Assembly (NCBI GenBank): GCA_934254825.1
Contig: CAKQMB010000015.1
Span: 1,950 to 65,949 of the forward strand
Source: an uncultured Clostridia bacterium
GTDB taxonomy: Bacteria; Bacillota; Clostridia; Christensenellales; Borkfalkiaceae
Reading direction: 5' to 3'
DNA length: 64,000 nt
The translations under genes and the position numbers were made by a program. Below the pieces are notes generated by a model, which searched no databases, had not been told where the DNA came from, and saw nothing but the letters and a program-made list of their open reading frames with translations. Shown in pieces: positions 55,510-64,000 of this stretch (positions are counted from its first letter, which is position 1; every line of letters starts with the position of its first letter).

Positions 55510-57138
55510 ATGAAAAATTTTAAAAAGATTTGCTCGGCGGTTCTGGCTGCCTGCTCGGTCGCGGCGCTCGTCGGCTGCAATAACGGTTCGGGAACGAATT
55601 CCGAGAGCGGCGACTCCACGGGCAAAAAGATCATCAATCTCGATTACTGGAAAAGCGGTTTCGGTATAGATTATCTCAACAAGATAATCGCCGAGTTCGA
55701 GAAAACATATCCCGAATACAAGATTTCGCTTTCATCTTCTTCCGACAGCGGAGTTTACGCGAATACGATAACCAAAAACGCCGAGACGAACGACATAGAT
55801 CTCTATATGTCAAACGCGCTCACGTCGGACTTCAATTCCTATCTCGAACCGTTGGATGACGTGCTTTCCTCGAAGTATAAAGACGAGACGAAGACGATTG
55901 CCGAGAAGTATAATCAGACGTTCCTCGGCGGACTTAAAGCCGCGGACGGGCATTATTACAACTTGTCTTACGGCGGCGGTTACATCGGGATATTCTACAA
56001 TACGGCTAAATTCGAAAAATACGGTTTGTCCGTTCCGAACACGACCGAACAACTCGTCGACGTAGTCGAGAAAATCGACGCGAAAGGCGACAAGGCGTGG
56101 ATCTCTTTCGGAAACAACGCGGGTTACTGGACTTATAACGACGAAGTCTGGGAAGCTCAGTACGACGGACTCGATTATTTCTACAATACCTATCTCACCT
56201 TAACGGGCGAAGACGGAAAAAGTCCCGACAAGGCTGTTTACGAGAGGAAAGACGGCAGATATTACGTTTTGCAGACGCAGTACAGATTGCAGAACAACAG
56301 TTATATCGACGCGCACGCGTTCACCGATAAATTCGCGGCGGCGCAGACGAGATTTGTCGCGGGGACGGGCGTTATGATGGCGAACGGAACCTGGATTCAG
56401 AACGAAATGAAACAAAAGGGCGCAGACGGCATCGACCTTATGAAAACCCCGATAATTTCGTATATCAGACAGAACCTTCCCGATTCGAGCGTCGAAAACG
56501 ATCGCGAACTTTCGGCTGTCGTAACCGCTATCGACAAGGCTGACGAAAGTGGAATTACCAAAGAGAACATTTTAAGCGGAAACTGCGATTTCATAACGGT
56601 TACCGGCAACGAAGCGAGCGGAACTATCACGGACTCTTACTCGGGAGAACAGGTTTCTTTCTCCGTTACGAAAAAGGATTTCGAAAGACTTTACGAGGCG
56701 AGACATATTTCGTTCAGCACTCATAACGAGTCCGTTTTCGCGATCCCGAATTACGCCGATCAGAAAGAAGGCGCAAAGGAATTCGTAAAGTTTTTCTATT
56801 CCGACGATATGATCGTATTGTACGAGAAAGAATTGCATTTCCCGCAGGTAGTATACAACACGAAAAACGCGGCGAAGGACACGACGGGCTGGTCGGCTAT
56901 GGAAAAGAAAATGATCGACCTTATGGAGACGTCTAATCCCGTATTCCGCGTTAAAATCAATCAGAGTCAGATGTTTTCCACGGGCGGACTCGCGTCCTAC
57001 GGACAGAGTAACTATAAGTTCAGATTTGCGGCTCCCAACGTGAACGACAGAAGAGACGCGGACACGATATGGAACGAAATTCAGACGCTCGCGAACGAAA
57101 ACTGGGACAAATACAAACAGAACGCAGGAATTCTGTGA
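55510..57138 (+). CDS. large extracellular solute-binding lipoprotein (LplA-type, family 1)
   Basis: Lipobox ALVGCNNG. 542 aa, adjacent to two permeases. No ATPase gene is present in the locus. Confidence 0.85.
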   Translation: MKNFKKICSAVLAACSVAALVGCNNGSGTNSESGDSTGKKIINLDYWKSGFGIDYLNKIIAEFEKTYPEYKISLSSSSDSGVYANTITKNAETNDIDLYMSNALTSDFNSYLEPLDDVLSSKYKDETKTIAEKYNQTFLGGLKAADGHYYNLSYGGGYIGIFYNTAKFEKYGLSVPNTTEQLVDVVEKIDAKGDKAWISFGNNAGYWTYNDEVWEAQYDGLDYFYNTYLTLTGEDGKSPDKAVYERKDGRYYVLQTQYRLQNNSYIDAHAFTDKFAAAQTRFVAGTGVMMANGTWIQNEMKQKGADGIDLMKTPIISYIRQNLPDSSVENDRELSAVVTAIDKADESGITKENILSGNCDFITVTGNEASGTITDSYSGEQVSFSVTKKDFERLYEARHISFSTHNESVFAIPNYADQKEGAKEFVKFFYSDDMIVLYEKELHFPQVVYNTKNAAKDTTGWSAMEKKMIDLMETSNPVFRVKINQSQMFSTGGLASYGQSNYKFRFAAPNVNDRRDADTIWNEIQTLANENWDKYKQNAGIL

Positions 57139-57150
57139 GGTGGAAAGAAA

Positions 57151-58671
57151 ATGATGAAAAATAAAAAATGGGGCGTTGTTGCGGGCATTGTCGCGCTGCT
57201 CATCGCGTTGCTCACGCCGTGTTTCGTTGCGGACGCGGGAAAGTCGCCGATAGATTTCGGAGACAACTCGATAAACGGAACGATAGACGCCGCGAAATGG
57301 AACCTTTCTTCGCAAGTCGAAAAGGATACGAAAGAATATAAGACCGCTATCGTTTTTTCGGAACGAAGCGGAGCGGACGACAGGGCTGTCAACAGAGTCA
57401 GACTTCAAAATGCGTCGTACTACGGCGTGACTGATTTCTTCAAACTCGAAACGTCGTTTACCGCCGTAGATTTCGGCGATACTTTCACCGCTTACGAAAA
57501 CGGCGCGCGTTTCGGCGTTACGTTCGGTTTGTCGACGGCGGGCAAGGCTCTCGGAGAAAAGGGAAGTTCGTTCGTTTTCGTCGAGTATTCGGGCGGTAAA
57601 TACTATCTCGGACTCGCCGTATACAACGAGACAAACGTTCCTACGGACGTTAAAAAGACTTCCGCCGACGACGTGATCGCAAGAGGAAAAGAGACTTCCG
57701 TTATCATAGACGTAAAAACAAGCGGCACGACGACGGTAAAGGCAAAGCTTGCGGGCGGCGAATATAAGGATATGTTTTCCGTCGAAAACGCCGTGAACAC
57801 GGACGACGGCTACTGGGGTTACGCACAGACGGCTACTTTCCCCGTGAGAATAAGCTATTTCGATATGTATGCGATCGGTTATTTAAAGCCGACGAACGTA
57901 AACGTGTACGAAACGTTCGATAAGAACAATTACAACGCGCTCACGCTTTATTCGGAATGCGGCAAGTCTTACGTCGACGGAAACACTCTTACGGTTTCCG
58001 ATAAAAAGTTGGTCTTCCGTAACGCGGGCGACGCTTATATTTCTACGAAATACGAATATTCCAACGCGGAATACGCTTTTGAGATCACGGATATGCTCCG
58101 CAAAGGTTATACCGCCGAAAACGGAAATTATATTCCCGAAAACGCTTCGTTCGGCGTTATGTTCGGAGTCGAAAAATATCGCGAGTATAATTCCGAGTAC
58201 GCAATGTCCGTTTCGTTCCGTCACGAGATCGACGGCGCGGAAGATGATACCGTTATCGATCTTCGCGTGGGAAAGAATATCGTAAAGAGCGTAACGCTCG
58301 ATAAAAAATACAATATCTGGGATGAGGAGACCGTCGCGGGGAGAAGCGTCGGCGTGAGAATACTCCTTATCGACGGTAAAGTTACGGTCGGTCTGAAATA
58401 CTCGGGTTCGGTCGGATTTGCCACCGTTCTCGGTCACGACGTCGGATATTCGCCCGTCGGGTATATAAGGCTTTATTCCGACGGAAAGACTACGAATAAC
58501 GGCGTTTATTCCGTCCTCGCGAATATGAGCGTGGATAACTTGCAGATAACGAATTACGACATGGACGGAAACGTGATTTCCTCCGAGTTCAGAAGCAACG
58601 TGTGGAGACACGAAAACTTCGAATACGTCGACGAATGGGACGACGGAGATATTATAAAGGGAGGAAAGTAA
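57151..58671 (+). CDS. secreted/anchored protein with two related halves (lectin/ConA-like guess), unknown function
   Basis: N-terminal hydrophobic segment WGVVAGIVALLIALLTPCFVADA. Internal duplication suggested by ARFGVTFGLS.. / ASFGVMFGVE.. and ..KVTVGLKY... Confidence 0.65.
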   Translation: MMKNKKWGVVAGIVALLIALLTPCFVADAGKSPIDFGDNSINGTIDAAKWNLSSQVEKDTKEYKTAIVFSERSGADDRAVNRVRLQNASYYGVTDFFKLETSFTAVDFGDTFTAYENGARFGVTFGLSTAGKALGEKGSSFVFVEYSGGKYYLGLAVYNETNVPTDVKKTSADDVIARGKETSVIIDVKTSGTTTVKAKLAGGEYKDMFSVENAVNTDDGYWGYAQTATFPVRISYFDMYAIGYLKPTNVNVYETFDKNNYNALTLYSECGKSYVDGNTLTVSDKKLVFRNAGDAYISTKYEYSNAEYAFEITDMLRKGYTAENGNYIPENASFGVMFGVEKYREYNSEYAMSVSFRHEIDGAEDDTVIDLRVGKNIVKSVTLDKKYNIWDEETVAGRSVGVRILLIDGKVTVGLKYSGSVGFATVLGHDVGYSPVGYIRLYSDGKTTNNGVYSVLANMSVDNLQITNYDMDGNVISSEFRSNVWRHENFEYVDEWDDGDIIKGGK

Positions 58672-58672
58672 G

Positions 58673-60112
58673 ATGAAAAAGAAAATCGTTTCTTTATTGT
58701 GCGTTCTTGCAATGCTCTTCGCGACGACCTGCTTAGGCGCGTGTTCGAAAACTCCCGGCGGCGGAAGCGGCTCGGGCGGAACGGGCGGTTCGAATACCGT
58801 CGACTCCGAAACCCGCGATCCCGAAAATGTTTACTCCGTATCGTTCGATTATCTCGGCGGCAAAGACGTAATGCCGGTCGGCGTGTGGTGGGGTCCTTAC
58901 ACTCCCACTTACGGAACGGTGAACGGAAACACTCTTCCCGATTACGTTTCCGACTATTATTACAGATTGCTTAAAGAAAGCGGGGTCAATTTCGTAACCG
59001 TCGCGAAGGACAATTACGCTCAGGGCGGCGACGTTGCGAAAAGCGTCCTGAAATCGCTCGATCTGTGCAAAGACAACGGACTCGGGTATATGGTATACGA
59101 CTCGTTTTTCAAATCCTACGCCGATTCTTCGGTAATGGCGGAGAAAATTTCGGGATATATAAATCACGACGCGTGCGTCGGAATACACGTTCTCGATGAG
59201 CCTGCTTACGCCGCGATAGACTCTCTTGCGACAGGTTATGCCAATTACGAAGCCGCGGGAGTCGAGGGTAAGTATCCGATGGTGAACCTGCTGCCGAAAT
59301 ATGCGGGCGAATTCAAAAACGTAGAGTATAAAGATTATCTTCAAAAATTCCTCGACGTGACGAATTCCGCGTTTTTAAGTTACGACAGTTACTGGTTCAG
59401 AAACGGCATCGAAGATTGTACGACCGCGAACAAGGCGTTCTATTTCACCGAAATGAACGACGTTAAAACGGTAGCCGACGAAAACGGCGTGCCGTTCTGG
59501 GTGTTTATTCAGGCGGGCGGCTATTTCAACGACGGCGGCGATCGCGACGGTAAAGGCGGCGAGCCGTACCCGAACGAAGCCTGTCTTTTGTGGAACGTCA
59601 ATATGTGCCTTGCTTACGGCGCGAAGTGTATACAGTATTTCACTTTCATTCAGCCTTACGAATACGGTTTTATCGAGGGCGACGATTACGATTGTTATAA
59701 AAATATGATGATCGGCGCGATGGGAAATACAAATCAGGCGTATTATTACGTTCAGAAAGCCAACAAACAGATAGCGGCGATAGATCACGTTTTAATGAAC
59801 GCGGCGAACATCGGTCTTATAGCCAAAGGCGAGGACGCGGAAAAGAATATCCTTACGGGTACGCTCGATACGTTCAGAGAACTCAAAGGCGTTTCCGACT
59901 CCGACGTGGTCATAGGTTGTTTCGACTATCTCGGAAAGACGGCTTTGTACGTCGTCAGTAATTCCGTTGAGAAAAAACAGTCCGTAACGTTGAATTTCGA
60001 CAACAATTACGCTTACGAAGTAATCCAAAGGGCAAAAAGCGTCAACGTTTCGGGTGAAAATATCACGCTTACGTTGGAAAAAGGCGAGGGCGTTCTCGTC
60101 GTATTGAAATAA
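58673..60112 (+). CDS. lipoprotein, uncharacterised TIM-barrel-glycosidase-like family (extracellular paralog)
   Basis: Lipobox CLGACSK plus a Gly/Ser linker. Shared blocks with the next gene: VMPVGVWWGPYT, VGIHVLDEP, VNLLPKY, FLSYDSYWF, VPFWVFIQAGG, LWNVNMCLAYGAKCIQYFTFIQP. Confidence 0.75.
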   Translation: MKKKIVSLLCVLAMLFATTCLGACSKTPGGGSGSGGTGGSNTVDSETRDPENVYSVSFDYLGGKDVMPVGVWWGPYTPTYGTVNGNTLPDYVSDYYYRLLKESGVNFVTVAKDNYAQGGDVAKSVLKSLDLCKDNGLGYMVYDSFFKSYADSSVMAEKISGYINHDACVGIHVLDEPAYAAIDSLATGYANYEAAGVEGKYPMVNLLPKYAGEFKNVEYKDYLQKFLDVTNSAFLSYDSYWFRNGIEDCTTANKAFYFTEMNDVKTVADENGVPFWVFIQAGGYFNDGGDRDGKGGEPYPNEACLLWNVNMCLAYGAKCIQYFTFIQPYEYGFIEGDDYDCYKNMMIGAMGNTNQAYYYVQKANKQIAAIDHVLMNAANIGLIAKGEDAEKNILTGTLDTFRELKGVSDSDVVIGCFDYLGKTALYVVSNSVEKKQSVTLNFDNNYAYEVIQRAKSVNVSGENITLTLEKGEGVLVVLK

Positions 60113-60114
60113 CG

Positions 60115-61455
60115 ATGAACAAAAACACGATACGCGCGGTCGGCGGCGGAAATTACCTGCCGACCGCGCGGAGAAATGCGGAAAAAGTATATTCTTTGTC
60201 GTTCGGTATTATCAGCGGCAAAGACGTTATGCCGATAGGCGCGTGGTGGGGACCGTACACGAACGGGGACAAATCTTTTCCCGATTACAACACCGGGGAA
60301 TATTACGGATATATGAAAGACCTCGGCATAAATTTCACGAGCGCGGTCCCGAACACCATACAATCGTGGAGAGAAGTCGTGCTGAAATCTCTGAAACTTT
60401 CGGAAGAATTCGGTTTCGGATATTTTGTGAACGACGCGTATTTCCGCGGGGAAAACATATCCGCCGCGGGTATGAGAAAACAGATTGCGGAATACGTTTC
60501 AAGCCCGGCGTGCCTCGGAGTCCACGTCCTCGACGAGCCTTATCCCGAGGATGTTCCGAAGCTGAAAAACGCTTTCGCGGCATTCGACGAACTCGGTCTC
60601 GAAAATAAATATCTCTACGTCAACCTTCTCCCGATGTACGGGCGTTTCGGCGACGACGAGACAAGACTGAAAAATTACGAAAACTATGTCGAAGAGTACT
60701 GTTCGCTTTTAAAACCGAAGTTTTTATCTTACGATTTTTATGCGTTCAAACGTGCGGAATACGAACGGGGAAGACTGAAAATGTTCTTCGATAACCTGTC
60801 TGTTATCCGCCGCGTCGCGAAAAATCGGGAAATACCGTTCTGGGTGTTCGCGCAGACGGGCGGTCAGTTTCAGTGCGAAAGAAAAGCCGCCGCGGAAGAA
60901 CCCGGATATCCGTCCGAAGAAGGCTTTTTGTGGAACGTAAACGCCTGCCTTTTGTACGGGGCGAAATGTATTCAGTACTTTACGTTTATTCAGCCCGATT
61001 CGTTTATTCACACCGACAAAGGCGTGACTTACGACAATCTCGGGATAATCGGCGCGGACGGACATAAAACGAAATGGTACGACCCCGTAAAGAGGGCGAA
61101 CGCCGTCGTTCGTTCGTATCAGAAATACCTTATGAACGCCGAAAATCTCGGAGTTATAGCGGCGGGCGACGCGGACGGGCTTATTTCGGGCGACGAGAAG
61201 ATAAAAAGCGGAGCTTTCCGCGAACTTGCAAAGGTAAACTCGGAAAACGCGATCGTCGGTTGTTTCGATTATACGGGAAAAACGATGCTTTTCGTGATGA
61301 ACGGAGACTACGAAAAAGAGACGGAAGTCGAACTTCTTTTCGACGCTCCGCGCGGTTTCGATATAATTTCGGACTCGGAAATCTCTTTTTTAACGGGAGA
61401 CAAAATTACGGCAAAAATGAAAAAGGGCGCGAGTTTTATCGCGATTTTAAGATAG
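60115..61455 (+). CDS. cytoplasmic paralog of the preceding protein (no signal peptide)
   Basis: VMPIGAWWGPYT, LGVHVLDEP, VNLLPMY, FLSYDFYAF, IPFWVFAQTGG, LWNVNACLLYGAKCIQYFTFIQP. Confidence 0.75.
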   Translation: MNKNTIRAVGGGNYLPTARRNAEKVYSLSFGIISGKDVMPIGAWWGPYTNGDKSFPDYNTGEYYGYMKDLGINFTSAVPNTIQSWREVVLKSLKLSEEFGFGYFVNDAYFRGENISAAGMRKQIAEYVSSPACLGVHVLDEPYPEDVPKLKNAFAAFDELGLENKYLYVNLLPMYGRFGDDETRLKNYENYVEEYCSLLKPKFLSYDFYAFKRAEYERGRLKMFFDNLSVIRRVAKNREIPFWVFAQTGGQFQCERKAAAEEPGYPSEEGFLWNVNACLLYGAKCIQYFTFIQPDSFIHTDKGVTYDNLGIIGADGHKTKWYDPVKRANAVVRSYQKYLMNAENLGVIAAGDADGLISGDEKIKSGAFRELAKVNSENAIVGCFDYTGKTMLFVMNGDYEKETEVELLFDAPRGFDIISDSEISFLTGDKITAKMKKGASFIAILR

Positions 61456-61461
61456 AATATC

Positions 61462-63387
61462 ATGAATTTGAACGAGTATAAAGACAAGGTGTTCGGGTGC
61501 TGGCTCGGCAAGTGCGTAATAGGCACGCTCGGCGCGCCTTACGAGGGAATAAAGCAAAGTCTCGACATAAAATTCGAGCCGCGTATGATCGAGGAAATGC
61601 TTCCCAACGACGACCTCGATTTGCAGGTTTTGTGGCTCGACGCGCTTGAACGCAAAGGCGTGAACGTCACTTCCGACGACCTTGCCGAAGTCTTTTACGA
61701 AAAAAACATCAAATGGCCGGGAGAATACGCGTATTTCAGAAAAAATTACGAGAGAGGAATAAGACCTCCGTATTCCGGCATTTACGAAAACGATTTTTAT
61801 CACGACGGAATGGGGTGTCCGATACGCGCGGAAATATGGGGTATGATATTGCCTTTAAACCCTCTTTCGGCGGCTTCGCTCAGCGAGATCGACGGCACGC
61901 TCGACCACTTCGGAACGTCCGTTTACCTTGAAAAATTCTGGGCGCATATGGTTTCCGAAGCGTTCGGGGAAAACGATATTTCCGTTCTTATTGAACATGC
62001 GAAAAGCGTTCTGCCGAAAGAGTCGGCGGCTTACGAAATGGTTTCGGACGTGACGAAATGGTGCGGCGAGTTTTCGGACGAAAAAAAGATAAGAAGTTAC
62101 ATTATCGGAAAGTACGGACATTGCGACTGCACAAACGCTTTGCAGAACATAGGATTTACCTTATGCTGTCTTTTGAAAGGCGGCGGAGATATTATAAAAA
62201 CAGGCATTATGGCTTGCGATTTCGGTTTCGATACGGATTGTACGGCGGGAAATTCGGGCGCATTGCTCGGGCTTATCTACGGGGCGAAAAAGCTTAAAGA
62301 ACTGTACGGAATAGACGATTGCAGATATAAGCTCACGTTAAAATACAAAAGAAGAAGCGATCTCGTTTCCGATCTTGCCGACGACACGGTGAGAGTCGGA
62401 ATACATTTTCTTCGTAATTTTCCGGGCGCAGGCAATACGGTAAATGGCGGAAAGGACGAGATTACGTTACCGGAAGAGCCGCTTGTTAAAATAACGAATT
62501 ATTACGCGGAACCGCCGTATATCGCTTCGGGCGAGAGAATAAAGGTCGGATTTTCGATAGAAAACCGTTCCGATAAGGCGATTTCGGGCAGCCTGAGTAT
62601 TTTCGGAAAAGAGAACTTCGAGTGCGGATTATCGGCTTCGGAAATTGCCGTCGGGGCTTGCTCCGCGACGGAGTTTTTCGCGGAAATATATTGCAAAAGA
62701 ACGGAATGGCTTGCGGATAAAAATATTTTCACGGTTAAGTTCGACGGAGACTCGGGACTCACCGCCGAAAGAAATTTCGGGATTATCGGCAAACGCAGAT
62801 ACCTCGTTTACGGTCCGTTCTGGGAAAACAACCTCGAACTCGACATAAACGGCGACGTCCGCAGTTACGGCGATCTTATAACGGGTACGTCCGTGGACGA
62901 CAGAGTGGATAATCTGCGGTTTTACCAGCTGAATATGAAAACGAGCGTTCGAAAAGAATATCTCGGGATAGCCGACGTTATAAGCGGTTACGAAGACAAA
63001 TCGAGATACGAAACCACCGCGAAAGAGGTGTTCGTCAAAGGCGACAAGTTCGATTTTTCGGAAATATCGACGTTCAGAGCCCCCGCGACCTATTATCTCA
63101 AACGAACGGTGAAACTCGGCGAGGATAAGAGAACTTGTCTTTTCGTCGGACACACTCATCCTTACGAACTTTATATAGACGGAGAATTGTTGCTTTCTTC
63201 GGACGAAACGGCGAATATGACGCCCGAAAACGCTCATAAATACTTTTTCACTTTGAAAGCGGGCGAACATTCGATAATAATCGTTCTGAGAAACACGTCG
63301 TCCGTCGGGGCGTTTTCGCTCATAATCAATAACGACGACGAACTCGGACAGTACCCTTATCCTTTCTTCGAGGATAAGACGCTCTGA
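61462..63387 (+). CDS. ADP-ribosylglycohydrolase-family protein with an approximately 330-aa C-terminal beta-rich extension
   Basis: DKVFGCWLGKCVIGTLGAPYEG, DDLDLQVLWLDAL and GFDTDCTAGNSGALLGLIYG are ARH-family metal-binding blocks. Confidence 0.8.
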   Translation: MNLNEYKDKVFGCWLGKCVIGTLGAPYEGIKQSLDIKFEPRMIEEMLPNDDLDLQVLWLDALERKGVNVTSDDLAEVFYEKNIKWPGEYAYFRKNYERGIRPPYSGIYENDFYHDGMGCPIRAEIWGMILPLNPLSAASLSEIDGTLDHFGTSVYLEKFWAHMVSEAFGENDISVLIEHAKSVLPKESAAYEMVSDVTKWCGEFSDEKKIRSYIIGKYGHCDCTNALQNIGFTLCCLLKGGGDIIKTGIMACDFGFDTDCTAGNSGALLGLIYGAKKLKELYGIDDCRYKLTLKYKRRSDLVSDLADDTVRVGIHFLRNFPGAGNTVNGGKDEITLPEEPLVKITNYYAEPPYIASGERIKVGFSIENRSDKAISGSLSIFGKENFECGLSASEIAVGACSATEFFAEIYCKRTEWLADKNIFTVKFDGDSGLTAERNFGIIGKRRYLVYGPFWENNLELDINGDVRSYGDLITGTSVDDRVDNLRFYQLNMKTSVRKEYLGIADVISGYEDKSRYETTAKEVFVKGDKFDFSEISTFRAPATYYLKRTVKLGEDKRTCLFVGHTHPYELYIDGELLLSSDETANMTPENAHKYFFTLKAGEHSIIIVLRNTSSVGAFSLIINNDDELGQYPYPFFEDKTL

Positions 63388-63428
63388 TTTTCCGAAAAGT
63401 TTTTACGCAATTACAGGAGAAATAAAAA

Positions 63429-64000
63429 ATGATCAGAATTTGCGCTTTTGCCGACGAGGCGGGAAGCGGTCCGGACAAACAGATCGCCGCGCTTAAAAGA
63501 AACGAAATCAACCTTCTGGAACTCCGAAGCTTAAACGGGGTCAACGTTTCCGATTTTACCGCGGAAGAAGCGAAAGAATACAATAAAAGACTTAAAGGGG
63601 AGGGTATCGACGTGTGGTCGATAGGGTCTCCGCTCGGAAAAGTCGACGTCGATACGGATATGAATATCTATATCGAAAAAGTTAAAAGAGTTATGGAAAC
63701 GGCGAATATTTTCGGAACCGACAAGGTGAGAGTGTTCAGCTTTTTCCGCGCTTACGATAAAAAAGACAAGGTGATCGAAAATCTCGGGAAAATGACCGAA
63801 ACGGCGAAATCGTTCGGGGTTCGGCTTTTTCACGAAAACGAAAAAGAAATTTACGGCGACGTGGCGGAAAGAGTTCTCGACCTGAAAGCCGTGGACGGCT
63901 TGAAATTCGTTTACGACCCCGCAAACTTCGTTCAATGCGGACAGGATATGAAAGTCGCCGTGGAAACTTTATCGCCGCAAGCAGACTATTATCATGTGAA
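63429..64000 (+). CDS. sugar phosphate isomerase/epimerase (xylose-isomerase-like TIM barrel), 3' end beyond the window
   Basis: Not in the ORF track because it has no stop. My translation from ATG 63429: MIRICAFADEAGSGPDKQIAALKRNEINLLELRS...RVFSFF...GVRLFHENEKEIYGD...FVYDPANF. It is open to the window end. Confidence 0.75.
   Translation, partial: MIRICAFADEAGSGPDKQIAALKRNEINLLELRSLNGVNVSDFTAEEAKEYNKRLKGEGIDVWSIGSPLGKVDVDTDMNIYIEKVKRVMETANIFGTDKVRVFSFFRAYDKKDKVIENLGKMTETAKSFGVRLFHENEKEIYGDVAERVLDLKAVDGLKFVYDPANFVQCGQDMKVAVETLSPQADYYHV

Overview
This 64-kb chromosomal window looks like a Gram-positive, Clostridia-like anaerobe. That is an inference from tilS-hpt linkage, YitT, SipW/TasA-type genes, Listeria-Bacteroides repeats and lipoprotein-type ABC binding proteins.

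Layout:
1. 1-10.1 kb: partial Fic gene, two membrane-tethered XRE regulators, a DUF5050-like lipoprotein, a UDG-superfamily glycosylase, and metNIQ behind a terminator-containing leader.
2. 10.1-17.0 kb: accessory island abutting a tRNA operon. It holds higB plus a HigA-HTH::Panacea fusion antitoxin, a frameshifted C-protein-like XRE gene, two adenine-methyltransferase-like ORFs with no visible nuclease, and a visibly AT-rich four-gene vWA/membrane/lipoprotein operon.
3. 17-27.4 kb: core genes, namely tRNA-Glu/Met/fMet, tilS, hpt, an ArsR-type regulator, leuS, yitT, a solitary mazF, and nadE carrying an N-terminal HTH.
4. 27.6-42.7 kb: the most unusual part. It is a single-strand nine-gene operon bounded by a perfect sigma-70-type promoter and an intrinsic terminator. 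It encodes a SipW-type (archaeal/ER-type) signal peptidase, two N-terminally membrane-anchored small proteins, and six proteins with SipW-cognate leaders and TasA/camelysin-fold N-modules. Five of those six are fused to 300-800-aa beta-helix or GLUG-repeat passenger regions with mosaic module sharing.
5. 42.7-44.4 kb: traX, tRNA-Gly, and tRNA-Val followed by two decayed units ending in copies of the tRNA 3' end.
6. 44.4-64 kb: glycan-utilisation locus. It holds an AraC regulator, a split glycoside-hydrolase-like gene, a 1649-aa modular surface protein with a non-LPXTG C-terminal sorting-like signal, an ABC importer, two paralogous TIM-barrel-like proteins, an ADP-ribosylglycohydrolase-family protein and a sugar-phosphate isomerase-like gene.

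A roughly 26-nt dispersed repeat (consensus AAAAGTCGGnCTATAAGTCGATTAAC) occurs seven times on both strands. One copy sits inside tilS and one sits exactly at the break of the split hydrolase gene.

No CRISPR array, rRNA, transposase or integrase was seen. The many long antisense ORFs opposite leuS, metN, nadE, the TasA-like genes and the giant surface-protein gene are judged to be compositional shadows.
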